Shown piece after piece: positions 45,050 through 54,355 of a stretch of 64,000 bases of DNA. The notes under the pieces were generated by a model. That model worked only from the letters and a program-made list of their open reading frames with translations. It did not search any database and was not told the origin of the DNA. The first letter of the stretch is position 1. Each line of letters begins with the position of its first letter. This DNA comes from Eubacteriales bacterium (lineage in GTDB: Bacteria; Bacillota; Clostridia; Oscillospirales; CAG-382), in contig JAZNZY010000005.1 in the NCBI GenBank assembly GCA_045595165.1, forward strand, positions 22,945-86,944. The letters are read 5' to 3'. Made by a program: the position numbers and the translations under genes.

Positions 45050-45299
45050 CTGTAGTACAAAAAGTTTCGCTCAAGCCAGGAACTGTATAAACAAAGCAGA
45101 ATGAATTTTCAGGCGCGGGGAGCTGTAGTATTCTACTGCCCCCCGACTGAAAATTTATAGAAACGCAAACTAAAAAGAAATCTGTTTACAGATTTCTACA
45201 TATAAAAAACAACAATGCGAGAGATTAACTAAAACCTCTCGCATTTGTTATTACGTATCAAACACTTTTTGCGTTTCGGTGTGCGAAGTTTAGACAGTT
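45050..45299 (-). repeat. right arm of a ~260-bp structured inverted repeat
   Basis: Matches the left arm; TACTACAG 8-mers lie at the same 73-nt spacing in both arms. Confidence 0.8.
45204..45242 (-). terminator. terminator after the ROK kinase gene (inside the right inverted-repeat arm)
   Basis: Minus strand reads GCGAGAG-gttttagttaat-CTCTCGC followed by ATTGTTGTTTTTT. Confidence 0.65.
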
Positions 45300-45303
45300 C
45301 CAA

Positions 45304-46218
45304 TCAGAGCAGCCACTGGAGGGCTGCTCCGAAGAGCCCGCAATCGCCTTTAAGCGGTGATATTACCACTTCCGCTTCGGGAAGGAGGTGGGGACGGAGG
45401 CGGGAAAGGAAGCCTTCCCCTTCGTTGGTGATGCCGCCTGCGATGATCACCAGCTCGGGCATAAAGATTTTTACTATGCTGTCAAGCGCCAGCGCGAAGG
45501 TTTCGAAATATTTATTCAAAAGATGCTGTGCTATATGACAGCCTCTTTCAGCCGCGATAAATGCGGTCTGTCCGTCAACGCCGCCCCGCTCCTCTGCCAC
45601 GGCGGCAAGAATGGATGCGGGATGGAACACCACAGCCTCTGCGGTGTTTGCGGTAAGCGCCTTGGTGGAGCAATACTGCTCGAAACATCCGTGAAGTCCG
45701 CAAGCGCAAGGCTTGGGATCGTAAATATTGATTACAAAATGTCCCAGTTCGCCTGCTCTGCCGTTTTTGCCGGTAAGAAGTTTTCCATTGCATATAATAC
45801 CGCCGCCCACGCCCGTGCCGACAGTGATCATTACAACGTCTTTTTTCCCTCTGGCAACACCTGCCAGGTATTCGCCGATAACGGCGCAGTTGCCGTCATT
45901 ATCCAGCATTGCGGGCACACCCAGAGCATCGGATATACGCTGTGCCAGAGGCAGGTCGCGGAAGGGCAGGTTGCCTGCGGTAACAACGATACCGTTTTCA
46001 CGGTCAATACGTCCTGCAGAGCCGATTCCCACACGCTCGATAGGGTATTTTTCCATTATTTCCTTTGCGGCGGCAATAATATCCTCCACAATAGCGTCCT
46101 GACCTGCGGTTACGCGGGTGCGCACCGAGGTATCGTACAGAATTTCTCTTTTTTCGCTATCGACTACACCAAGTTTTACACCGGTACCGCCGATATCTAT
46201 TCCCAAAAAGTTTGCCAT
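45304..46218 (-). CDS. ROK-family sugar kinase (glucokinase/N-acetylglucosamine-kinase-like)
   Basis: LGIDIGGTGVKLGVV ATP-binding site and ROK zinc motif CACGLHGCFEQYCS. Confidence 0.88.
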   Translation of the reverse strand: MANFLGIDIGGTGVKLGVVDSEKREILYDTSVRTRVTAGQDAIVEDIIAAAKEIMEKYPIERVGIGSAGRIDRENGIVVTAGNLPFRDLPLAQRISDALGVPAMLDNDGNCAVIGEYLAGVARGKKDVVMITVGTGVGGGIICNGKLLTGKNGRAGELGHFVINIYDPKPCACGLHGCFEQYCSTKALTANTAEAVVFHPASILAAVAEERGGVDGQTAFIAAERGCHIAQHLLNKYFETFALALDSIVKIFMPELVIIAGGITNEGEGFLSRLRPHLLPEAEVVISPLKGDCGLFGAALQWLL

Positions 46219-46223
46219 TTTTA

Positions 46224-47324
46224 TTAGACTATCCTTTCGCCGCCATAAAAAACAGCGGTAATATCAAAGTTTTTATCAAGCACGACGATATCCGCCCGCT
46301 TGCCCGTTTCCAGTAAACCACGGGTATTATCTCCGCAATCCCGCGCAGGATTTACAGATGCCATAACGGCTATCTCTGCGGGAGAAAACCCCAGGAAGTA
46401 CATATTTTTAACCCCATCGTACAAGGTTTTGGTACTGCCGGCTATAGTTTTTTTATCGTCCGCAAGGCACAGACCGTCACGCACGTAACGTTTTCTGCCG
46501 TCAACGATATATTCGCCGTCCCCAAGTCCCGCAAACACGCCGCTGTCGCTTATCATAGTGATATTATCCACTCCCTTGCACTTAACAGCCATTTTTATGG
46601 CGGCGGCGGAAACGTGGTAAAGATCACATATAAGCTCGCACTGAATACCGTCAGTGGTGAGGGCATATCCCAGCACGCCCGGATCACGGTGAGTGAAGGG
46701 GCGCATACCGTTATAAGTGTGGGTAAGGCGGATCGCTCCCAAAAGGTGAGCCTTTTCAGCCTGCTCCAAGGCAGCATCCGTATGCGCCATAGAGGGGGTT
46801 ATACCGTTTTCGGCGCAGTATTTTACGGTTTCATACCCGTTTTCCAGTTCGGGTGCGAAGGAAACGATCTTTAACATTCCCCCGCTCTCTTTTTGGAAGC
46901 GTTTAATAATATCTATATCGGGATTGCGGAGCTTATGTCTGTTCATCGCTCCGATCCGGGCGGGGTTTACAAAGGGCCCCTCCATATGTATTCCCAGAAT
47001 ACGATCGTCCTTTTGCCGAGCGATATTCCGTGCCGCCGCGTACAGCTCCTCCTCAAGCAGGGAGCGGGTGGTCGCCAGCACGGCGGTAACGCCGAGCGTG
47101 CAAAGCTTATCCAGCCCCGCGGAAAGCTCTTCATCGGGAGAAGAAAACTCCGTGCCGAAACATCCGTGGTTGTGGGTATCTATAAACCCGGGGAGAACGT
47201 AACAGCCTTCGGCGTTAAATTCCCCGCCTTCGCTGTTGTCGGTAATGATGCCGTTTTCAAAGCAAAGGTCTTTTGTTTTTAAGGTTTTATCGGAGCAAAA
47301 GACTGCTCCTCCCGTTATTTTCAT
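46224..47324 (-). CDS. nagA: N-acetylglucosamine-6-phosphate deacetylase
   Basis: GFIDTHNHG, HMEGPF and THTYNGM amidohydrolase motifs. Confidence 0.88.
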   Translation of the reverse strand: MKITGGAVFCSDKTLKTKDLCFENGIITDNSEGGEFNAEGCYVLPGFIDTHNHGCFGTEFSSPDEELSAGLDKLCTLGVTAVLATTRSLLEEELYAAARNIARQKDDRILGIHMEGPFVNPARIGAMNRHKLRNPDIDIIKRFQKESGGMLKIVSFAPELENGYETVKYCAENGITPSMAHTDAALEQAEKAHLLGAIRLTHTYNGMRPFTHRDPGVLGYALTTDGIQCELICDLYHVSAAAIKMAVKCKGVDNITMISDSGVFAGLGDGEYIVDGRKRYVRDGLCLADDKKTIAGSTKTLYDGVKNMYFLGFSPAEIAVMASVNPARDCGDNTRGLLETGKRADIVVLDKNFDITAVFYGGERIV

Positions 47325-48175
47325 TTACCCAGTTCCTTTAACATCTTGACAAGGTTATCGTGGCTTGCCTGAATTGCGGGAAGCACGTCCTCAATACCCT
47401 CGAATTCGATGGAATAATATCCGTCGTATCCCGTGGAAACGATAACGTTAAGGCACTGGAAGGTGGGGTTATCGCCCTGACCGAAGATGGTGGCGCGGCG
47501 ATAGTTTCCGCCCCTTGTAAGTCCCCAGAACGCGCCGGGGTTGCGTGCCATACCGCTTCTGAACAAGCTGTCCTTGCAGTGTACGTGGCAGATAAGATCG
47601 GAAAGTGCGGCGGTGGCGTTGGCGCAGTTTTCGTCCACTCCGCCGAAATTGCCGATATCGCAAAGGAAGCGGGAGTTTTTGTGGTTTACTGCCTGATATA
47701 CTTTGCGGACACGGTCGCTGTCCTGAAACAGTCTGCCGTGGTTTTCGCTGCAGGTGATAACGCCCTTGCTTTCGCCGTAGGAAGCAACTTCACGGATGGC
47801 GGGTGCCATAATTTCTACTGCGGCTTCGATAGTTTGTTCGCCCTCGTAACCTTCGTAAAAACCCCAGGCAACGTCGTGGCGCATCATAGTAACGCCGTTT
47901 TCTGCGGCAACGTCGATATGCTTCTTTACACGCTCAACCTCTGCTTCGGGGTTGGGAACGAGAAAGTTTGCGCCCGTGGTGTATATGGGGGCTTCAAGCC
48001 CTTTTTCTCTTATATATTTGAATATATGCGCCGCAAATTCAGGGTTGAGATCGTTAAGCACGCACTCAAAGCCCGTCGCACCTATAGATGCCGCGTGGTC
48101 AACGGCGCCTTCCCAGGAAAGTGCGCCTGTATCAAGTAATCTGTGATAGCTCCAGGAGCTTATAGCTGTTTTCAT
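47321..48175 (-). CDS. xylose-isomerase-like TIM-barrel protein (sugar phosphate isomerase/epimerase family)
   Basis: 284 aa. GATGFE, ENHG and IEFEG are typical AP_endonuc_2 blocks. 4-nt overlaps on both sides. Confidence 0.8.
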   Translation of the reverse strand: MKTAISSWSYHRLLDTGALSWEGAVDHAASIGATGFECVLNDLNPEFAAHIFKYIREKGLEAPIYTTGANFLVPNPEAEVERVKKHIDVAAENGVTMMRHDVAWGFYEGYEGEQTIEAAVEIMAPAIREVASYGESKGVITCSENHGRLFQDSDRVRKVYQAVNHKNSRFLCDIGNFGGVDENCANATAALSDLICHVHCKDSLFRSGMARNPGAFWGLTRGGNYRRATIFGQGDNPTFQCLNVIVSTGYDGYYSIEFEGIEDVLPAIQASHDNLVKMLKELGK

Positions 48176-50022
48176 ATAATTACCTCTCTGCCTTCCTTAC
48201 CGGAAAGATATATAGCATCCAGCATTTCCTGCATCTGGATAGCCTGCTCGATAGGATATCTTACCTCGCCGCCGTTAAGCACCTTGTCTGCAAAATGCTC
48301 GATTTCGGCAGCGAAACGGTCGTTATCCAAAACCTTTATGCTGTCGGTGGAAAGATAGCCCTCCCGCTCGCCGTAAATGGTGAGGGGGCTTACGGTTGCG
48401 CCTGCCTTTGTACCGCAAACCTGAGTAGCGCTTCCATCGGGAGCGTTAATAGCCCAAGTCGCCTCAAAAGACAGCATTGCGCCGTTTTCGAAGTGGATAA
48501 CACCCATACCGGAGTCTTCTACGTTAAACTGATTGTTGGGACAAGGAGTGCCCTGCCACTTGGTTACGCCCTTTGTCTGATAATCGCCGATCTTGGTATT
48601 TACGATAGCGCTTACACGGGTAGGCTTGGGAGTACCCATAAGATACCAAGCCGCATCTATACCATGGATGCCGATATCATAAACGGGACCGCCGCCTGCG
48701 TGCTCAAGGTCGGTAAACCAACCGGTGGGAGTTCCTCTGCGGCGAACGTATGCGGTCTTGCCGTAGTAAACGTCGCCCAGCTCGCCTTTTTCGTACAGCT
48801 CGCGGATATAGCAGTTTGCGTTGCCGAATCTGCCGGGAACTGCCAGCATAAATCTTACGCCTGCGTCCTTAACAGCCTTTTCCATTGCTCTTGCTTCGTC
48901 TGCGCTGCGAGCCATAGGCTTTTCGCACAGAACGTGCTTGCCTGCCTTTGCGGCGGCGATACATACGGGAGCGTGGCCGTTGTTCCAGGTACAGATGTCT
49001 ACCGCATCTATCTCTGCTTCCGCGCACATTTCTTCTACGGAAGTAAAGTAAGGTACGCCTAATCTTTCTGCGGCAATGCGGGCTCTTTCCTCGTTAATAT
49101 CCGCAACCGCAACAACCTTTGCGTTCTTTATCTTTGCATATCCGCCTGCGTGGCCGTTGGTGTATATATTACCTGCGCCCACAACGCCCATACGAAGGGT
49201 TGTCTGAGGATTAAGAGTTTTTAAATATTCTATGCTCTGCTTTGCACATTCAAGGCGGGAAAGTCCCATAGAAGGCTCATCCTGCTCGATAACCACCCAC
49301 TCAACACCGCTGTGTCTTGCGGCGCAGAGAAGTGCGTCAATATCCTGCAAGCCCTTGCCGAGAGGACGGAATTCAAAGGCGCTTTCTTCTTCGGGAGAAG
49401 CGTTATCGTCGATGCCGATAAGGTTATACAGTTTTCCTGCTTTGCCTTCGGATTTATAGTAATCTTTAAGATGGAGTATGGGGGTTCTGCCCTTGTAGGA
49501 ACGGAGGTATTTACCTACGTTAACCCCTGCAACAGCCGCCCAGCAGGTATCCAGCTCCAAGCCCAGCTCGGGGGCGGAGGAAAGGAAAATATCCAAGCCA
49601 TACTCGCCGTCAACTGTCTTGAATTCGAAATCGTGGTTATGGTACTGGAGAGGAAGTCCGTTTTCCGCACATTTTTTGGCGAGGCTTTTAACGTCCTCTA
49701 CACACTTTTCAAAGCCCGCATTACCGGGACGGCGCTCTTCCTCAAGATAAGGAACTACTATGTACTGAACGCCCACGGTTTTGTAATCAGCAATAACCTT
49801 GTCTGCATCCGCAAGCATCTCTGCCAGAGGAACGTGGGCGGAAATAGGAGTGAGTCCAACTTCATCAAGCCAAGCCTTCATCTGCTCGGGTGCGTGACCG
49901 TAAAGACCTGCCAGCTCTACGCCGTCATAGCCCATATCCTTTACCGCCTTAAGGGTGGAAAGCACGTCCTTTTCCATATCCGTTCTTATGGAATAAAGCT
50001 GAAGCGCTACGGGAAATTTCAT
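48172..50022 (-). CDS. fusion protein: xylose-isomerase-like TIM barrel (N-terminal) plus Gfo/Idh/MocA NAD(P)-oxidoreductase (C-terminal)
   Basis: N-half has LQLYSIR...GYDGVELAG...YHNHDFEF. C-half has LRMGVVGAGNIYTNGH Rossmann fold and the LCEKPMA motif. 616 aa. Confidence 0.85.
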   Translation of the reverse strand: MKFPVALQLYSIRTDMEKDVLSTLKAVKDMGYDGVELAGLYGHAPEQMKAWLDEVGLTPISAHVPLAEMLADADKVIADYKTVGVQYIVVPYLEEERRPGNAGFEKCVEDVKSLAKKCAENGLPLQYHNHDFEFKTVDGEYGLDIFLSSAPELGLELDTCWAAVAGVNVGKYLRSYKGRTPILHLKDYYKSEGKAGKLYNLIGIDDNASPEEESAFEFRPLGKGLQDIDALLCAARHSGVEWVVIEQDEPSMGLSRLECAKQSIEYLKTLNPQTTLRMGVVGAGNIYTNGHAGGYAKIKNAKVVAVADINEERARIAAERLGVPYFTSVEEMCAEAEIDAVDICTWNNGHAPVCIAAAKAGKHVLCEKPMARSADEARAMEKAVKDAGVRFMLAVPGRFGNANCYIRELYEKGELGDVYYGKTAYVRRRGTPTGWFTDLEHAGGGPVYDIGIHGIDAAWYLMGTPKPTRVSAIVNTKIGDYQTKGVTKWQGTPCPNNQFNVEDSGMGVIHFENGAMLSFEATWAINAPDGSATQVCGTKAGATVSPLTIYGEREGYLSTDSIKVLDNDRFAAEIEHFADKVLNGGEVRYPIEQAIQMQEMLDAIYLSGKEGREVII

Positions 50023-50113
50023 AATACATAATCTCCTTTTTATATAAGAAAAATATATTGTTTTTACGCTTTGAGTTTAGCACAAAAGGAATAAAAATAC
50101 AATGGTTTTATAA

Positions 50114-50143
50114 ACAAAAAGGACAGAGAATTTTCTCTGTCCT
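50114..50143 (-). terminator. terminator after the ABC exporter operon
   Basis: GGACAGAG-aaaatt-CTCTGTCC followed by TTTTT on the minus strand. Confidence 0.75.
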
Positions 50144-50164
50144 TTGTTGTGTTTTGTATGACAG

Positions 50165-52174
50165 CTATTCCAATTCGAACGCGCCGGTATAGAGGCGGTA
50201 ATAGGTGCCTTTTTCGGCGATAAGCTTTTCGTGGCTGCCGCGCTCGATAATTCTGCCCTTATCCAGCACCATAATAACGTCTGAATTTCTTACGGTGGAA
50301 AGGCGGTGGGCGATAACGAACACGGTTCTGCCGTGCATAAGAGCATCCATACCCCGCTGAACGATCTCCTCGGTGCGGGTATCTATGGAGGAGGTCGCCT
50401 CGTCAAGTATCATAACGGGAGGATCTGCCACGGCGGCGCGGGCGATGGAGAGAAGCTGGCGCTGACCCTGGGAAAGTCCGCTTCCGTCACCGGAAAGCAC
50501 CGTATCGTACCCCTTGGGAAGCATACGGATAAATCCGTCCGCATTGGCTAATTTTGCGGCGGCGATACACTCTTCGTCCGTTGCGTCAGGTCTGCCGTAA
50601 CGGATATTTTCCATTACCGTACCCGTAAACAGATTTACATCCTGCAACACCACGCCGAGAGAACGGCGGAGATCGTTTTTGCGTATCTTGTTTATATTGA
50701 TACCGTCGTAACGTATCTTGCCGTCGGCGATATCGTAAAAGCGGTTGATAAGGTTGGTGATAGTGGTTTTTCCCGCGCCGGTCGCGCCTACGAAGGCAAC
50801 CTTCTGGCCCGGCTCGGCGTAAAGAGAAATATCGTAAAGCACCTGCTTTTCTTCCACGTAGCCGAAATCCACATTTTCAAGCACAACGTTGCCTTTAAGC
50901 TCGGTATAGGTTACGGTGCCGTCTGCCTGGTGAGGATGCTTCCACGCCCACAGACCGGTTTTTTCGGTAGTTTCCGTAAGCACACCGTCCACGTATTTTG
51001 CGTTGACAAGGGTTACGTAGCCGTCATCGGGCTCGGAAGGCTCGTCAAGCAAGGCGAAAACCCGCTTTGCGCCTGCCATCGCCATTGCAATAGAGTTTAC
51101 CTGATTGGACATCTGGGAAATGGGGCGCATAAAGGATTTGGTTAATGTGAGGAAGGATACGATCATACCCAGAGAAAGGGCATTTAATACGGTGGGGTTT
51201 TCCTTCGAAAAATATTGCACAAGGCTTTCTATGGAAAAATTGAGGTTTATACTGTTGTTTACGCAATAAATGGCAATAGCACCGCCCGCAATGGCAATAA
51301 CAACGTACAGCAGATGGGAAAAGGCGTTCATCAACGGTCCCATCATATTACCGAACTTGTTTGCCTCGGTAGCGTTTTTACAAAGCTCATCGTTAATTTT
51401 ATCGAACTGCGCTTTGCATATCTCCTCGCGGTTGAAGACCTTTACAACCTTCTGACCGTTTACCATTTCTTCGATAAATCCGTTTTCTATACCCAAGGAT
51501 TCCTGCTGTTTTACAAAGTATTTGCCTGCGCCCTTGCCGATCTTACCGATAATTCCCGTGGAAAGAAGCAGCACGAGAACGGAAAGCAGGGTGAGCCACA
51601 CAGAGGTATAAAGCATAGAGAACACCACCGATATGATCATAAAAAGGGAAGAAATCGTTTGGGGTATGGTCTGGGACACAAGCTGGCGGATGGTATCCGT
51701 ATCGTTGGTATAACGACTCATTACCTCGCCGAAGGAATGGGTATCGAAATACTTTACGGGGAGGGACTGCATATGGTTGAACATATCGTCACGTATGGTC
51801 TTGAGTATACCCTGGGATACCTTTGCCATCATTATGTTATAAAACAGACCTGCAAGTATACCTAAAAGATATATAACCACCATTCCGCCGATGGCAACCA
51901 GCAACGCGCCGAACAGCTCTTCTGTGGGATTCTTTGCCAGAGGGCTTACGTAATCGTCAATAAGAGTTTTTTGGAAAAGGGCGGAGGCAACGGAAGCTAC
52001 CGATGAAAATATGATAAAAAGGATTACCAATATCATTCTGCCCGTATAGGGCTTAAAGTATTTAAGCAGCCGCTTTGCGGTAACCTTATCCATAGGGACC
52101 TTTTTCCCTCTCATACCCGGACCTCTGCCGGGGCCGGGACCGTGAACGGGACGGGACTGTTCTTGTTTGCTCAT
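50165..52174 (-). CDS. ABC exporter, fused permease/ATPase (heterodimer partner 2)
   Basis: Walker A GATGAGKTT, signature LSQGQRQ, Walker B MILDEATS. Confidence 0.9.
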   Translation of the reverse strand: MSKQEQSRPVHGPGPGRGPGMRGKKVPMDKVTAKRLLKYFKPYTGRMILVILFIIFSSVASVASALFQKTLIDDYVSPLAKNPTEELFGALLVAIGGMVVIYLLGILAGLFYNIMMAKVSQGILKTIRDDMFNHMQSLPVKYFDTHSFGEVMSRYTNDTDTIRQLVSQTIPQTISSLFMIISVVFSMLYTSVWLTLLSVLVLLLSTGIIGKIGKGAGKYFVKQQESLGIENGFIEEMVNGQKVVKVFNREEICKAQFDKINDELCKNATEANKFGNMMGPLMNAFSHLLYVVIAIAGGAIAIYCVNNSINLNFSIESLVQYFSKENPTVLNALSLGMIVSFLTLTKSFMRPISQMSNQVNSIAMAMAGAKRVFALLDEPSEPDDGYVTLVNAKYVDGVLTETTEKTGLWAWKHPHQADGTVTYTELKGNVVLENVDFGYVEEKQVLYDISLYAEPGQKVAFVGATGAGKTTITNLINRFYDIADGKIRYDGININKIRKNDLRRSLGVVLQDVNLFTGTVMENIRYGRPDATDEECIAAAKLANADGFIRMLPKGYDTVLSGDGSGLSQGQRQLLSIARAAVADPPVMILDEATSSIDTRTEEIVQRGMDALMHGRTVFVIAHRLSTVRNSDVIMVLDKGRIIERGSHEKLIAEKGTYYRLYTGAFELE

Positions 52175-53925
52175 TGCTTATCCCCTCCTTTTACCTGAGA
52201 ATTGTATACCTCGCGGTAAACTACGCTGTTTTCCATTAGATATTCGTGGTTGCCGCAGGCGGAGATCTTTCCGTCATCCAGCACGATTATCTTGTCTGCA
52301 TCCTGTACCGAGCTTATACGCTGTGCGATAATAAGCTTTGTGGTTTCGGGAATCTCTTCGCGGAAGGCTTTGCGGATAAGCGCATCCGTGCGGGTGTCAA
52401 CTGCCGAGGTGGAATCGTCCAGAATAAGAATTTTGGGCTTTTTGAGCAGAGCGCGGGCAATACAAAGACGCTGTTTTTGTCCGCCGGAAACGTTGGCGCC
52501 GCCTTGGTCTATAACCGTATCGTATTTTTCGGGGAAGGTTTGTATAAACTCGTCCGCGCAGGCAAGACGGCATACGCGCTCAATCTCTTCGTCGGTTGCA
52601 TCGGGGTTGCCCCAACGGAGGTTTTCCTTTATAGTGCCCGAAAACAGCTCGTTTTTCTGAAGCACCATCGCCACGTTATCACGCAGGGTGGTTATATCGT
52701 ATGCTCTTACGTCCTCGCCGCCAACCTTAACGGAGCCGAAAAGTACATCGTAAAGACGGGGAATAAGGGAAACGAAGGTGGATTTGGAAGAGCCCGTTCC
52801 GCCGATAATGCCCACGGTTTCGCCCGAGGCGATCTTTACGTTTACGTTATCCAGACACTTTTTGTCCGCATCCTTGGAATAAGAAAAATCAACGTTTGCA
52901 AATTCAACAGAGCCGTCCTTAACCTCGTAAAGAGGGTTTTCGGGGTTGACAATATCACTCTTTTCCTCAAGTATCTCAACCACACGCTCTGCAGATGCTT
53001 TGGACATTGTGATCATAACGAACGCCATAGAAACCATCATAAGGCTGGTAAGTATCTGGGATGCGTAGGTGATGAGGGATGTAAGCTGACCCACGGAAAG
53101 TCCCCCCGGTATATCCCCGTTACCGCCGCTTTGTGCGATAACCTTTGCGCCGAACCAAGCAATAATAAGCACGGTGGCGTACATACAGCCCTGCATTACG
53201 GGGTTATTAAAGGCAAGAATTTTCTCTGCGCGGGTGAAATCCTTATAAATCTTATCCGAAATATCGCCGAACTTTTTCTTTTCCGTATCCTCACGGGTGA
53301 AGGATTTTACCACTCTTATTCCGCGGAGGTCTTCTTCCACAACCTCGTTGAGCTTATCGTAGGTTTTGAACACGCCTTTAAAGATGGGGTGCGCCAACCT
53401 CATAATAACGTAAAGGGCTATGGCAAGCACGGGAATGGTTACGAAGAATATGAGGGACAGCTTAAAGCTGATACGGGCGGCAAACACGAAGGACCAGATA
53501 AGCATCATAGGACTGCGGACAGCCATACGGATTATCATCTGGTACGCCATTGTTACGTTGTTTACGTCCGTGGTAAGACGGGTAACGATACCGCCGGTGG
53601 AATATTTGTCTATATTCGTAAAGGAGAAATTCTGTATGTTATAATACATATCGTGGCGCAGGTTGCGGGCAAGACCTGCGGAAGCGGTGGCGGCGTACTT
53701 TGCGGCAAGAAAGCCGAAAAGCATTACCAAAAATGCGCTTATGACGAGTATGATGCCATATTTGATTATAACGGGTAAATTTGCCTGCTCAATGCCTTTA
53801 TCTATAAGAGAAGCGGTTATATAGGGAATAAGTACTTCCATAATAACTTCAAAAGATACGGTTACGGAAGTTAATACAGAGGGCTTTTTATATTCTCTTA
53901 TACAGGCGGCTAATCTTTTTATCAT
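52171..53925 (-). CDS. ABC exporter, fused permease/ATPase (heterodimer partner 1)
   Basis: Walker A GGTGSSKST, signature VSGGQKQ, Walker B ILILDDSTS. 4-nt overlap with the partner gene. Confidence 0.9.
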   Translation of the reverse strand: MIKRLAACIREYKKPSVLTSVTVSFEVIMEVLIPYITASLIDKGIEQANLPVIIKYGIILVISAFLVMLFGFLAAKYAATASAGLARNLRHDMYYNIQNFSFTNIDKYSTGGIVTRLTTDVNNVTMAYQMIIRMAVRSPMMLIWSFVFAARISFKLSLIFFVTIPVLAIALYVIMRLAHPIFKGVFKTYDKLNEVVEEDLRGIRVVKSFTREDTEKKKFGDISDKIYKDFTRAEKILAFNNPVMQGCMYATVLIIAWFGAKVIAQSGGNGDIPGGLSVGQLTSLITYASQILTSLMMVSMAFVMITMSKASAERVVEILEEKSDIVNPENPLYEVKDGSVEFANVDFSYSKDADKKCLDNVNVKIASGETVGIIGGTGSSKSTFVSLIPRLYDVLFGSVKVGGEDVRAYDITTLRDNVAMVLQKNELFSGTIKENLRWGNPDATDEEIERVCRLACADEFIQTFPEKYDTVIDQGGANVSGGQKQRLCIARALLKKPKILILDDSTSAVDTRTDALIRKAFREEIPETTKLIIAQRISSVQDADKIIVLDDGKISACGNHEYLMENSVVYREVYNSQVKGGDKQ

Positions 53926-53934
53926 ATTATACCT

Positions 53935-54354
53935 CTATATCTTGGTTTCAAAGGTTTTTCTGCACTTGGGACAGGAAACCGTGTGTTTGCCCTTTTTCTT
54001 GGGAAGGCGGAGAGTCGCCTTGCAATGGGGACACTTTTTGTATACGTGGGTCTTCCTATCCCTGAACTGGGCTTTTTTACGCTTGAAGAAGGAAACTATC
54101 TTTCCTCGGAAAGCCAGATATTTGCTGTTTTCCATTCGTCTTTTATACACGTTTTTGGAAAGACAGCGGAACACTGCGTAGCCCAGCAAGCCGTAATATA
54201 TCAAGGACAGTGCCGAGGTTGCCCAAAAGTTTCTCGCAAAGATGGAAACTACCGCCACGGCAAAGGCTGCCCACACGCAGACACGGAACAGGTTATCGGG
54301 ACCGTTTCTGCCCAGCATAAAAGTATAGAATTTTTGACCTAATCTGCGAAACAT
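53935..54354 (-). CDS. membrane protein with a C-terminal zinc ribbon
   Basis: Two TM segments, then CPHCKATLRLPKKKGKHTVSCPKCRK (CxxC...CxxC). Confidence 0.65.
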   Translation of the reverse strand: MFRRLGQKFYTFMLGRNGPDNLFRVCVWAAFAVAVVSIFARNFWATSALSLIYYGLLGYAVFRCLSKNVYKRRMENSKYLAFRGKIVSFFKRKKAQFRDRKTHVYKKCPHCKATLRLPKKKGKHTVSCPKCRKTFETKI

Positions 54355-54355
54355 A

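Noticed and set aside
43562-45299. Inverted-repeat-flanked segment considered as an invertible phase-variation switch
   Set aside because: The promoter of the enclosed gene lies inside the invertible part, so inversion would not change expression. No recombinase is nearby, and the repeats are far longer and more diverged than typical invertase sites.
52246-53778. 510-aa plus-strand ORF
   Set aside because: It is antisense to an ABC exporter gene with intact Walker and signature motifs. This is a typical shadow ORF.
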